Of a stretch of 64,000 nt of DNA, positions 48,065 to 64,000 are shown piece by piece. Under the pieces are notes generated by a model, which was not told the DNA's origin, made no database searches, and was given only the letters and a program-made list of their open reading frames with translations. The translations under genes were made by a program, and so were the position numbers. The stretch covers positions 22,000,213 to 22,064,212 of the forward strand of contig OZ234493.1 in the NCBI GenBank assembly GCA_965153455.1, read 5' to 3'. Origin of the DNA: Sphagnum compactum (taxonomy: Eukaryota). Each line of letters begins with the position of its first letter. Within the stretch, counting starts at the first letter, position 1.

Positions 48065-51000
48065 TGTCAAGACCGTGTGCATGGCCTCATAGATGATGGT
48101 TGGTTACAGGCATGCCAATCATGCCTTTTAGGGTTAATGTAAGTTTTTAGATTATTGTACGTTATTAGGTGTTTTAGGGTTATGGCTTGTTTAGGGTTTC
48201 AACTTATTGACAGTTATATAAAAGGCCAAGTTCTTCCCTTTTCTTGTTTATTTCTTTAGAATTCTTTTGTCAGGGAGGGTTTCCTCCATAGTTAGACTGG
48301 ATTTCTAAATGTTGACGACGGCTATTATACGACCATCGTTTACATACACTATGTTTTCTTTCCTTCTTTTCAATTTAATTCTAGAAAAACTGTTCTCAGT
48401 CATTTAATATTGAAAACGACAGATTTTTTTGGCTTTGAATTTTTTGGGTTTCTTTTGTTTGTTGGTTTCTTATGTTCTTGAGTTGTTGCTACTTCTTTTT
48501 CTTTTTCTACTCTTGTACTATGATTACAACATGAACAACAATAACCATAACTAGCAGTAGCGTAAGCGAAGGAGAAAGGACACCGGAAACAAGCTACAAG
48601 ATGTGAAGTTTTGAGTTTCGAAGCTTCGAAGAGAGAAAGGAGAGAGCAGCACCAAAGCTTGTTTTACTGTCAGCTTTAGGTCTTGGGAGCACACGCACAC
48701 ACACAGACACAAGGTTTGATTGCAGTACAAGATATTCACCAGGTGATGCAACCCCACAACACCTGCTTTCTTTGTACATGGGTTTTGAGGTTAGCATCTA
48801 GGTTGTGCACTCTTGTGTGTTTTTCAGCTTGTAGTCATGTAGTGAGTAATCCTTGTAGCAGTTCTAGAAGAACAAGAAGAAGAAAATAATAATAATTTAA
48901 AAAAAACATAAAGTAGAAGAAAAAAATTTCTTTCTTATTTTCTACACGCCATTGTTGTAGAGCTCGTGGATGCGAATTGCTCTACAATGCTGTCACTAGT
49001 GCAATCGTCGTTTATCGCCGTCGTAATCACCGACTGTCACTGTTGCCATCTATCACAGTCGTTCTCCGTTCCATTCCATTCTAGTTTGTTTGATGTCCAT
49101 CGTAGTTTTGTCCCATGTCGATTGCAGTTCTGTTCGACGTCAGTCGTAGTTTTATCCGACGTTGGTCGCAGTTCTGTCCGATGTTAGTTGTAATTCTATC
49201 CGATGTCTGTCATAATTTTGTCTGACTTTTGTCACAGTTCCGTCCGACATCCGTCAACGTCTGTCCATTTAGCCCCTTCCGTCCGACATCCGTCAACGTC
49301 TGTCCATTTGGCCCCTTCCGTCCACTAACGTCCGTCCGTCGCCATTCATCCCCATTGACGCACCGTATTCATCAACCCATATGTTGTGTTAGAACTTTGT
49401 AGTTAGTGTTCTGTATTGCTACAAAATTTTGGGGCATGGGACAACACCATGTCCTCAAATGATAAGAGCATTACCGTTCAGCCAGAATGAAGGTATCAGC
49501 TACGAAGTAACACACAATCATTTGAGCTGGTTTTTTTGTATTCATAATCTTCACGATAGTACCATTAAGCGTCTACAACACCACCGTCATCCAGTACAAC
49601 TCTTACCAAGAATTCAAGTTCAGGTTACATTACATCAACAGTACATCAGAGTCCATTCAGAGGGGTTAATTAGTAGGGTAGGCCTACTCCCACACTAGCT
49701 TTCACACCATCACCGTGTATTCTGCTGTAAGCTGTGACCTCTACACCCATATACACCATGGAGGTCAGTAGTTCTTGTAAGAGAATTGAAAAATTTAGCG
49801 GAAGGTCAGGTACGATTTCTTTGAGGGAATTCAAGGTAACTTTCTCAACTATGGTTTGTGAATTGGAGCTCAAGTATGGCGCTAATTACATTGAAGCATT
49901 CGCATTAAAACAACTGGCCTGTTATGTGCACTATGAGGCATTGGATGTTTACGAGCAACATTCTTTAAGGATTTTGGGCATCACCTAGATCCCCGATCTA
50001 GCTTATGCCATAACCATCGCCACCGCCTGTCAAGCTGCACTGTAACATGCCATTACACATCATGGGACCGTGCCTAATAATCCAGATCCGGTACCTATTT
50101 CAATAAACCTTTCTCCTCAGCAATTCATTGTTGCTACTGCAAACATTCCTCCCACCATTAATGCACCAACTTTTGTTCATCCAGTGGGGGAATTCTTTTG
50201 AGCTTTTGAGCTGGAATTTCGAGTCAAGAGTTCTGAAAAAAATTTGCATCTCGCCACTTTCTCTCGGCAAAAGGATGAAACCTTGAAGATGTTTTACAAG
50301 AGGCTTTTCAAGCTTAAAGAAGATACTCAAAGCATCACAGACCTCGAAGCTGCCCATTGGTATTTTCGTTCGTTGGAAAGTACTCCGACACTCCATGCAC
50401 AAGTTTTGCAACATGTTTTGCAGAATTTGGAGATTCGTACACTTTGTTGGATGTGTACAACATTTTTGAAAAGCTGGAACTAACTCATGCGCACTATGAG
50501 GCCAATATTATGAAGCCTCCATCACGTTCAAGGCCTCATCCTCCACCAGTTGTGCCAACCAGATCATCACATTCTTCTTCAAGGGCTAAAGCGGTGCGTT
50601 TAACTACACCCATCCTACCTTCTTACAACTACTATGGCAATCCTGCCCACAAAGCTAGTGAGTGCAACATTTCTTTCGAGGATCTTTTTTATGATTATTG
50701 TGGGAAAAAAGGACATTAAGAAGTTGTTTGTTTTGCCAAGTTCCCAGAACAGAAGCAACTCCGATTACCACAACAAAATCTACCAGCATCTTTTGCTGCC
50801 CCTTAACCAAAAGCCAATGCACCTCAGCCTTCCACTCAGGCTTTCCCCACCAAGGGTAATTTCAGTAAGAATGCTAAGAAGAAGGAACACAATGTTGACA
50901 AGAAGGAAGTGCTTTAAGCCCATGCCGCTTAAGTTCAAAGTCTACAAAATGAATTCAAATCATGGAACACCCAACTTGTTAATCTAAAAGGCAAGTTTTC

Positions 51001-51185
51001 CCAACCAACTAATCATGCACAAGCTGTACAGGGTTCAGGATCACGAGAAGGACCTCCTAGGTCGTTCTATGGCCTCTCACACGATGCCATGGTTGGGGAA
51101 TATGTTTTTTCCAGTGCACACAATTCTAGTCTCACACCAAAATTTGCCATTTTTTTCTGCCCTTCCTATTTCATGACATAAGAGG
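48065..51185 (+). mobile_element. Truncated LTR retrotransposon (putative 5' LTR 48065-48421, leader, gag)
   Basis: TGTC...GACA-bounded segment containing TATATAAA, followed by a long leader and a gag-like frame. No pol or 3' LTR seen. Confidence 0.6.
49758..51185 (+). pseudogene. Gag-like protein with two degenerate CCHC zinc knuckles
   Basis: IEKFSGRSGTISLREFK...RQKDETLKMFYKRLFKL... followed by YNYYGNPAHKASEC and YDYCGKKGH*EVVC (C-x2-C-x4-H-x4-C with TGT-to-TAT decay). Stops and a frameshift. Confidence 0.75.
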
Positions 51186-53706
51186 CTTTTAATGTTAATG
51201 TTTACCCTCCTCATCCATAAATAGCAAATATTGAACAATATACACACAAAGAACATTTATATGCCACACTTGGGCTAATCACTATAGCCGACCAATCAAT
51301 ATCAATCAATGTGTAGCCAATCACTAGTGTTGGCCAACTAGAAATCATTTTTAAAAAGGCTGTCACACCGCTATGGTGCTTATTTCATCCAAAATATGGC
51401 ATACATGCCATTTTATTGTTGCCATTGGACATGTTTAAAAAATGAAATACACATGGAAATAATAATTCAAGTTTAGGTACCCATGATTGGATACCTTGTT
51501 GTTTGTGTTTCCAACATGGGTGGTTATCCATATTTATTTAATTATACCTTCAATCAAAAAAAATTTAAACATTTAAATCATTTGAACTAATTTTCAAATT
51601 TAAATAAACAATTTTTATACATGACAAAATGGATCACCATATGATACAAACTATAGATACCAACTTTCAATAAGTTGGAACTTGAACAATATTTTATTTA
51701 CCTTATTCAGTTTTGGCTTTATTCTTTATTTGATTTTGGATCTAAGTATGTTGCAAAATTATGCCATCTAAGTAAAGAAATGACTAGGTTAATGTTATAA
51801 TGACATCCATTGAACTCAACACATATGAAAATAAAAATAAAAATTTAAACTTTAAAATTAGTTGTGCGAAAAGATGATAATTTACCTAGTTTAATTCACC
51901 ATTCATGGATGAAATTTATTCATTTGATTCAATTTTTCAACCATCCACCATCCATTATCAATCATATTAGAACATAAACAATCATTAGATGTTCAAATTA
52001 TTCATAAGTTATTATCGAATCATTATCTCATAGGGTAAATTGGCCCATCATTGATCGACTTCTTATGACCAAACATTTATTTATATGTTCATCATATGTG
52101 CTTCATTTTAAGTGATTTAAAATGCTATGGGAATGTTACTTCAAGCTCTAGAAATCATCTTTGAAGTGCAAATGAAAATGAGTAATGACAAAGTAACAAG
52201 AAGAATGATAAATTTTCTTCTTTTTGGACCCTTCCTATTTTCAAACCTCATAATTTTTTCTTATTTTTTTATTCATTTAAAACAATTTAAAGCACTATAG
52301 GAACATCACTTGAAGTTCTACAAATCATTTTTGAATTTTAATGTAACAAAACAACATACAAGGAAAATTTTGGATGTTCAAGAATCGGCCTTTGTAGTGT
52401 TTGGTGTTTTTTTTTTGGGAGTTCTTGACCCCTTTTATTTTGGGGGCCATAACTTTCTCATTTCTAATCCATTTTCGAGGATTGTTAGTATGTTAAATGC
52501 GCCAAAAGACAGGGTTAAAGTTTTGTTTAGACACCAAAAACAATAGAGCCTTCCCCTTGGATCTGGCCTGCCCTGAGTGCTTAAGTGTTTGATCACCAGC
52601 TAATCTACCTTATTATACAATCACACTTGTACTTATACTACTCACATTGTACAAATGTTTGATTGTTGGCAAGTTTGCAAGGGAAGTGAAAATAATGTTT
52701 GAACAAATTATTTATTTAATGTCTGAATTATTTCTCCATTGCAACCGAAAATAAAAAAAAGGGGGATAGAAAAGACCTCAACACTAGGGACCCTCCCCCC
52801 CCCCCCCCCCCCCCCCCAATTTGCGTAACCAAAGATTTGGCAAAAAAATCCCAAAAAATTAGCAAAATTTGTCAAATTTACACTAGGAAAACAAAAATTA
52901 CAAACATTTCCCAATATTTTGTCAAAATGAAATTCAAAAAAACCAATAAATATCTGATGGGTCTATAAGTACTAGGTGGATACTTGAATTGAGATAAATA
53001 AATAATTGAGAATCATGGTTACTACATACCAAGATCAATTCTTCGAGTTTTGAAAACCATGGGTATTAACTCGAATACCCACCCAACACGGGTTCAAACC
53101 CGACAAGAGAGAAAATTGAAAATAAAATAAAGTTCCATGAAACACCCAAAAAACGAACTAACAAGTCTCAAATAACACCTAGTGAATATTCCTCAATATT
53201 AGGGCGGAATGAAAACTTCATTGTCTCTCGTAGTCTCTCAGTTACAAGCAAGTAGAGCCAATTTTGTGATACCTTAACACCTTTGATACATAAATATTAG
53301 ATATATGTTATTTTCAGAAATGTTGATATTTTCACCAAGAAAAATAAAATTGTGAATGAAAATCAAGAATTTTTTAGAAATAAAATATTTTAAAATGTTT
53401 TTATTTTTCCTCACATGTGGAGTCTTCAAAAGGAAAATAATTTATTATTCAACAAAAAACTTGTACTATAGTAGATGTACATTATTATTGTATTATGAAC
53501 ATTTTTTTGGTTGGAGAAAATTTTCCTTATGAGAGGAGGGGGCATCACCATAGGATTCCATATTTGGTGTGCCAAGTGCCAAACTTTGTGATGAACACTT
53601 TAACATGTTTTTTTAGCCATTTTTGCCTACCACGTGGAACACAAATGTCAAAAAGCTAAAGGAAAAATTCTTATTGATCTTGTCAAACAAACCCTAAACT
53701 AATCAA

Positions 53707-53808
53707 CAAACCCTAACCCAAAAGTCCAATTGTGAGCCATCAACACTTGTGAGTGAACAAACCCTAACCCAAAAGTCCAATTGTGAGGCATCAACACTTG
53801 TGAGTGAG
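53707..53808. repeat. Two-copy ~51-bp direct repeat
   Basis: CAAACCCTAACCCAAAAGTCCAATTGTGAG.CATCAACACTTGTGAGTGA occurs twice in tandem. Confidence 0.85.
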
Positions 53809-54534
53809 TGAGGTTATAAGAAGGTCTTGAGTTTGGACATGAATTTTGGCCAAAGAAAGGCAAGTTAATTCATTCCACACCTCCATCATCACATGGGCCT
53901 TTTTTTCATCCCTTTCTCTTCCCCCACCCCCATCCCATCCCACTTTCTCATCCATGATGAGCATAACAATATCATCCCTCTTTTCATCCACATGATACTT
54001 GTGAGAAATGGGCTCCCATAATCAATGACATTTTTTTAATGTTTTTTTTTGGGTTGTGTGTGAAAATTTTCACAATGCAAAAAAATAAATATATATTGGT
54101 CATATAGTCCCTCAAATTTGGGGAAAATTTTGCCCATTTTGTTTAATACTTTTTTTTAAAACTCACATTTTGACTTGGAGTTTAGTTTGGGGGGCATTTT
54201 TAAAAGAAAAAATTTCCACTTTTTTTTGACAACTTTTAAAAATATATATATTTTAAAAAATGATAAATCCCTTTTGGGATGCTCACCGTTGGTGCAACAT
54301 TGAAAAAATGGAAAAATAAAATAAAATAACCCATTCATTGATGATAATTGGATTAATAAATTTGACATTTGTTTTTTTAATAATTCAATGTGTGAGAAAA
54401 GAGGTGATCCCTAAAAAACCTTATATTTATCATGTGAATATTTAGTGGGTTGAAAACTACTAATTAGCCTTCATAAATATTGGAATCCCAATTTAGTGGC
54501 CTCTTGGATGAAAAAAATATCATTTCCCATGTTC

Positions 54535-55430
54535 ATGGATGAGTAGTTGAAAATTTTGATTTTTCAAGTTGAAATTAGCAAATGGATTAGTGAATGTGAT
54601 TAGGGGCTTCGGGAGGCTAAATTAGCATATTGATTGAATGGATGAGTGCCTAGTTGGAAAATGATTTTTTAAAAGTTTGAAATTAGCAAATGGATAAGTG
54701 AATGTAATTAGGGGGGATTAGGAGGCTAATTAGAGCATTGAGTGAATGGAGAGTAGTCGAAAAATGTGATTTAGGGTTCCACTTAGCAAATGGATTAGTG
54801 GATGTAATTAGGGCCAATTGAGTGAATGGATGAGAAGCTGAAAAATGTGTTTTTGGGTTGCAATTTAAAAATGGATTAGTGAATGTGATTAGGGGGGATT
54901 AGGAGGCTAATTAGCCCATTGTGCAAATGGATGAGTGGCAGAAATATGTGGTTTTTGGGTTCCAATTAGCAAAATGGATTAGTGAATGTAAATTAGGGGG
55001 AATTAGGAGGCTAATAATTAGCACATTGAGCAAATGGATAAGTAGTCGAAAAAAGTGTTTTTGGGTTCCAATTAGCAAATGGATTAGTGAATGTAATTAG
55101 GGGGAATTAGGAGGCTAATAATTAGCACATTGAGCAAATGGATGAGTAGTCGAAAAAAGTGTTTTTGGGTTCCAATTAGCAAATGGATTAGTGAGTGTAA
55201 TTATGAGGGATTAGGAGGCTAATTAGCCCATTGAGCAAATGGATGAGTAGCCCAAAAAAAGTGTTTTTGAGTTTCAATTAGCAAATGGATTAGTGAATGT
55301 ATTTAGGGCCAATTGAGTGAATGGATGAGCAACTGTAGAATGTGTTTTTGGGTTGCAATTAGAAAATGGATTAGTGAATGTGATTAGGGGGGGATTAGGA
55401 GTCTAATTAGCCCAATTGGGTGGATTAGGG
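54535..55430. repeat. Tandem array of about nine 81-108-bp units upstream of the UMP/CMP kinase
   Basis: Repeated AATTAGCAAATGGATTAGTGAATGTAATTAGGGGG...GGAGGCTAATTAG...ATGGATGAGTAG. Confidence 0.92.
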
Positions 55431-55444
55431 GGAGAGAGAAAGAC

Positions 55445-55476
<32 letters not shown>

Positions 55477-56609
55477 AATGGCAAAATGGAGAAGAGCACG
55501 CGCATCACTTACAGAAGAAGGCATCAAATTTCTTCATCAAATTCACAGGAGCTGCAGCATTTCCGGAATCGGTACATACCCATTTCCCCAATTTTTCAAT
55601 CTCTGCAGAATTCTCTCTTTTGTCATTGGCACTACTTTGTGTGGGTTGATTGTTTGTTGTGCTTCTTCTTCTTGAGAAGAAGAAGAAGAAGAACAACCTC
55701 AAGTACCTACCCCTACCCACATACCTCCTTCTCCTTTTCCTGCCATTTTTTTTTTTTGTGCTCCCATTTGCACATTGCATGCTCAGGAGTTCTGCACATT
55801 TCTGTTCTTCATTCGCATGTTTTCAGGAGTTCCTGGCCACTGCACTCTGCTTTCTTTCAGTTTGCTGTTGTTGTTGGGGGGTTATTGCATCAGCTCTTGG
55901 ATCTATGGCTTGTGGGTTGGGAAAAAAGAAAGTCTGTTGGGGTAAGGGGAATGAAGGAGAGGATCTTGAGGGAGGGAGAGGGTCTTTGTGTTGGGTTTGG
56001 GGGAGGGGGGCGGAAAGTGGGGAGAATAAACAAGATCTTGGGTCTTGGGGGAAATGGGGGTTTTTTTTTTTCCTTTCTTGATGAAGCTTGATGTGATGGG
56101 TGTTAGATCTCTGTTTCTCTCTTTTCTTGCTGTTGCTCCTCTTGCTGTCTTTGGGTTGAATCAAAAGCACAAGAGATGAGATGAAATGAGAGGAGGAGGG
56201 ATCACATGGAGAGAAGAGATCCAGCCAGATGTGGAGCACATGGAGCGAGATCCAGCTCAGAATGTGGCACTCTTGGCAGCAGCCATGTTTGGTAATACTA
56301 GATCTTTTGTTCAAGAGGGCAGTCAGTTGGTCAGTCAGTCACTGAACATGATGGGTGTTCTTTTTTTTTCCCTTCATGATCTTTATGTGGGTTTTGCAGA
56401 TTGCCAGGTCCTCTTTGGTTGAGCTGATCTGCTGGAGGGAGGGCGGAGTGGAGGAGGAGGCATCATCCTGTAAGCAAGCGAGCAGGCAGGCAGGCAGGCA
56501 GGCAGGGAGAGGGTTAACTTTGAAACTGTTGGAAATTTTGCTCTGAAAATTTTGCTGGTCCTCGAGGAGGTGTGTGTGTGTATCCTCACCGTAGCTCAAG
56601 AAACAAAAA

Positions 56610-59029
<2,420 letters not shown>

Positions 59030-62000
59030 ATCACAGAGGTCTTTCTTCCTTCAAGACACTCAGACTTTCCTTCTATTGTTCCACCCCAGCATGATGATCT
59101 GTGCTGGATTTAATTGAGAGCATATCTGTAGATGAGAAGCACATTGTGAATACACACACCCATGCAAATTGGTTTTTCCTTTCATTCTACCTTAACAAGT
59201 TTTTTTGGCCATTGTGGCTATGGTGGGTGGTGGCAGATTTTCCAGGATATTCCACCAGAGAATATCACTAGCCTTCAAACAAACTTGCTCCATACAGCTA
59301 TCATGATTTGTGTTAAATTAGCAAGTACCCATTATACCATTTGATGCTAGCTTACACAAGTCGCTCATTTGTGATATTGTGTCGGGTCTCACTATACTAA
59401 TCTCCTCAATAATCTAGACTTTGATGAGGTCATAGATTCTTTCGCGTTTGATAGATCTAGAAGGGTTCCCACTTGTGTGGTGTTTCCTTCTTGGGTTTAA
59501 CCAAATTCCTAATTCATTGTCCACATGGCCAGATTATTACAGATGCTGACCAAGGAAGTGGTGTTTAGACTCTGGTTGTCTTGTTGCCCCAGTAAAACTC
59601 CGGATAACAAGCACTCCTCCAATTGAGGTTAGCATTTGATACCAATTCATGTGACTCTCAACATGATGTTTATCACTAAACTAATGATTTATACAAACAT
59701 TCTTCGTGCAATTTCCACATTGGAGGCACACTAAAGCATTGTCCACATGAACTCTCCGATGTCCCTGACTGTGGTAAACCTAAACCCTAAACCCTAAACT
59801 AGTCTAGTTCTGCATAGTTCTAAACACGTAACACATATAGATTCCAAGTGAGTATAGGCATGTGCGGTGGCCTTTGACCTAAGTCAAACAAGTTTTATTG
59901 CTCTTGGGGAAAGATTTGTCTCCTTTTGGTGTTACTGACTAACAACATGTTTTACAGACATTGTTGTTGGTCTTCGGTTTTTTGATGTTTATATTTACAA
60001 GCAAGAGATGGGTATCATTACACCCACTCCATTTTTTTTTGCCAAGGAGGTTGGGAGGGATGGAGTAGGTTTGTAAGAGGGAAGGGAGAGGTTTATAGGT
60101 AAGGTATGGAGAGGGGAAGGGAAGGTTTGTAGGTAGGTATGAAGGCTTCGGATACATAGTAGACACCACTATTTTTTTTATCACGGAGATTTATTTGTGA
60201 ACAAGATAAAACAAACATAGAACAACCTTGTCTCATAAGGATTAGCACAATTATAGTTTTACAACCAAGTTTTTTGTGAAACTTTCAATCCAACTTTAGT
60301 TTCAATGAATACATTCAATCCATGTAAAAAAGAATATTATTAATTCCATCCTTGAATTGTATAAATGTAACAAGGTTAATATAATAAGTCGTTTGTTTTG
60401 ATTTTCAATAGATAGATGTTGAGAACTCGGCCAAGTTCTATATTTTGGATTGCATTCTAATATATGCTGATTTGCCTATCTTGATGGGTCTTTTCTCTTT
60501 GTGTAATGCTTTTTTGTGTTCAATCAAATGCGTAAAAAACTCCATCCATCAATAATCCATTGGCATTTTTAGAAAAGTTTAATTGGTTGCATCCGATAGG
60601 AATGTCGTATGATCATCAATAATGATTTATTCCTTTTTAGTAATTAATACTCTCTATCCAAGTTTGAAAGGAATTGATATTTTCATCTTGCATTAATCTC
60701 ATAAGTTATCCATGGATGTGATCCTATTAGACCTTGATTGTGCTTGTTCAAAATTTCAATCATATTGTGAACAAGGGGTGTGTCATATTGTGGCTTTGCC
60801 ATTTACATTAAAAAGTACCTAATGCAAAAGAAGAATTATGGAAATGAAACTCAAATATTTGACCATGCAAAAAATGTAATGTTCAAAGAATCCTCTAAAG
60901 GAAACCAAAATCCTTCAAGATACTATAACTTTGTAACTAATCTCAAGTTCAACACAAGCCAAAATATCGTCTTTCAAAAATCCTCATATAAAAATAGACC
61001 TATTATTTATTACCTAGGGGCCAAAATCCCTTAAGCTACTATACTCTATAATGAATCTAAACACAATATATCCTTGCCTTGGTAGGGAATGCCAACAAAT
61101 ACCCTACTTTGCAAGTATGTAACAAAGGATGTTGCAAGGTTATAAAATATAACCTGTAACACCATGTGGGCATTGGGTACATTTAGTTTGATATGACTTC
61201 TATTTTGTACTATGGACCATTCCACCCATGAACACTCGCTATTCCATTGCATGCTGATGGGTTCTTTTGTGACTTATTTCAAAGCATAATCGTTTTTTGA
61301 TTGTCGATTTGCATTTCAAGCACTTATAGTAATTGTCAATTTGCATCCTCAAAAGTAAAACCAATAAATGGTTGGCTATCGCACTTAGAAAAAGGCGTAT
61401 AGGAGTGTTTCATTAGGACATAGAAACTAATTACAGTTAGGGAAGCATATTTGATTTCGTCCACTTCCAATCACTAAGCTTAAATGAACATCACAAACTA
61501 CAATTGGTTTTGTGTATGTTGTAGGATTTAATGAAGGTGATTTGAAATTTTTTAGACTTAAGGTGCATGAGATATATTTGAATTCTGAATAGTTTTTTGG
61601 TCATGGAAATTTGATCGAATTCCAAAAAATGGTTCTAAAAAGAAAAATTAATTGGGTAACCAATTCACTCTTGAACCAACAACATGCTACAATAGCTAAA
61701 ATTAAAAGTTAATTTTAAACTTTAGCTTGCTTATCAACTTTTCAAAAAAAATTCAAGTTGTTAACTAAAGAATTTGACCTTGTGTCCAAGAATGTTTTTC
61801 AAGGGTCTAGTTTAGTTTCAAATGTAACAAAAGATTAGTTTCATAGTCTAGTTCTTGGATTGGTTCCAATGAAAAGGTGTCCACTTGAGTCCATGTCACA
61901 AAAACTTGAACCTAAACCCTTAAGTATAACATTGCAAATCGGATACCCTCACAACATTGGTGAAAACCTCTAAATTTTTTTAGAGTATTTAGAAATATGC

Positions 62001-64000
62001 TTATAAAGTGTAATATGTTTGTGTGCAAAAGGTGGGTGTTTTCAAAAAATGAAATTCTTGAAAGATATTTTTGAAACAGTCATCATCATTTTTTCAAATT
62101 TTTTGTTGTGAAACCCATCAAGTATGATGAAGGTTTTTTAAATAGAAAAAATTCATCAATTCTTACATTTAATAACACCATCAAATTAAGGGAGTTCCCA
62201 AAGTAAGGACCCTTCAATTTACTTTGAAAAGTCCTTTACTTCAGGTAGGTCTTTACTTCAAAAACTCCCTAATTCTAAGGTGTTACCCTACACAAAAAAT
62301 TGCTTTTGGTCAATATAGACACTTCAACAAGCGAAAATTCCCATTAGGCTTTGCAAAGCAAATTTTATACCGAAGGTTAAAAGCTACAGTAAAAAGCAAT
62401 GTTGGATGGTTATCAAAAATGGTGTAGCCAAAAAGAAAAGGTCAACCAAACCTCATAATTCCACTACATATAATGGTGATGATAGAACAAAATACCAAAT
62501 TGGTCAAAAACTATGCTTTGCCATGAAACCACCTATTCACAACTACATTACATATACTAGGGCTTAGGTGAATCAAACCTTTTTGGATTCAATTTCATTG
62601 AGCATCCATGTATCTCCTAATAGCATTACTTCTTCCTACATCCCATCAAAATCCCATAAGTTTTTACAAGAAAGAAAATTCAACCCAATCCCACACCTAA
62701 TGAATAAAAAATCAACAATTTCCCAAATGGAAACCAAGTGCAAACCCCAAATTCAAAGCGCCAACCAAGATACTCACTTCATCCCATCCCAGAATCTACT
62801 TCCCAAACCCAAGCTTGGTCACTCTTGAGACAATGCCACTAAGAAATCATTCATGAACCCCCTAAATTTTGCGTCATTTTCACCGACAACTTGTAACTAA
62901 CATTCTACCATAGACTCTATATCTCCAACACAATGGAATCTCAAAAAACAAAGCCATGCACATAAAACATTCATTTCCAAATGCATTCTACATCAAAACA
63001 ACTCTACTCAGAATCCAAAACAATGTTCATTGAAAAAAAAACTTAGCTCTTGCCAAGATTAAAGGAAAACAAAAAAAGTTGTTCCACTAATGAATCGTCC
63101 TCCTTCAAATAGTTGAAGTTCCAAATCACCATAAAATCTTGCCAACCAATTGGAACCAAGACTCTACGATCCACCATGAAAAGCAAAAAACAAACATGAT
63201 AAACTTGTAAGCTCATATTTTAAAACATGGAGACCAAGATGCCCACATTCTTCTTCCTTCATGATTGTAAACACTTGTAAACATAACATAGAAAATAAAT
63301 ACTATTTGTAGCAAAGCATGATCAACATGAACGGTTATAGTGGTTTATCAAATATTGGATTAAAGCAACACCTTTTGAACTTTTTACCTAAGATTTCCTT
63401 TTAGGTCACAATGGAACCTAATAACTGGTTATTTTCGATTACATATAATTACAAGTTTTTCCAAAAAATCAAATTTCGAATTTTGATATAAAATTGCAAG
63501 GTTTTAAAAAGTTGAAAATTGGTTTTAATATATAATTGCAAATCTCCAAAAAATTCTAAGAACTGTGAGATTAATAGCCTACTATAACTATTAGTCTTTG
63601 GTAAATTATTTTGTGAAAACTTCTAGTTTTTTGAGGATTTTTCAAAAAACTTGAATTGAATGTTCTCTAATTTTTAAAAAAGAAAATACAAAAAAATGGG
63701 ATTGGAGGTTCTTTGATTTCCATTCAAAAAAAAACACTAGAACCTAAGTTATATAAAAAAGAATCATATAACCACCAAACATTAATACAAAGGTCACACA
63801 TTTACTAGGTTGATTATCTTGAACTTTTGGTCTTTGAGTTTTATAAGTAATCAGAGAGGAACTAGGATAGTACAAATTAACTTCAACCATAATTATTTTA
63901 TTTGTAGAAATGTGGATTTTTTTAAAAAGTATTATTTTCAAAGATTTTTTTTATGAAATAAAATAAAAAATCTTCTAGAATACTTTTAAAAATTTATTTT

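Noticed and set aside
59776-59800. Telomere-type AAACCCT repeats
   Set aside because: Only two or three units, a common interstitial telo-box rather than a telomere remnant.
60400-63400. Possible decayed transposase fragments
   Set aside because: No diagnostic motif could be read with confidence.

Overview
AT-rich, repeat-dominated nuclear DNA from a non-seed land plant. It is most likely a moss, possibly Sphagnum; this is an inference from the plastid insert, which still carries rpoA and infA, and from the gene content. Two genes look intact. The first is an uninterrupted 787-aa CDS (26641-29004) fusing an MLKL/DUF1221-like N-terminal helical bundle, a Raf-like kinase with all catalytic motifs, and the C-terminal domain of the Roco protein TORNADO1; this is the most unusual object in the window. 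The second is an 8-exon UMP/CMP kinase (56610-59029). The mobile elements are a complete hAT transposon (16-bp TIRs, 8-bp TSD) carrying a nested solo LTR (5-bp TSD), a near full-length two-ORF RTEX-like LINE, a non-autonomous CACTA element filled with satellite DNA, a truncated LTR/gag element and a MULE SWIM remnant. The window also holds a CpG-depleted tract of same-strand decayed genes (MYND-type UBP, USP) starting 44 bp after the kinase stop, an approximately 5-kb decayed plastid insertion (rpl14-rps8-infA-rpl36-rps11-rpoA-petD-petB) in which a 63-bp piece of petB has become a 7-copy minisatellite, and several tandem repeats. All family assignments are by-eye motif recognition; no database searches were run.
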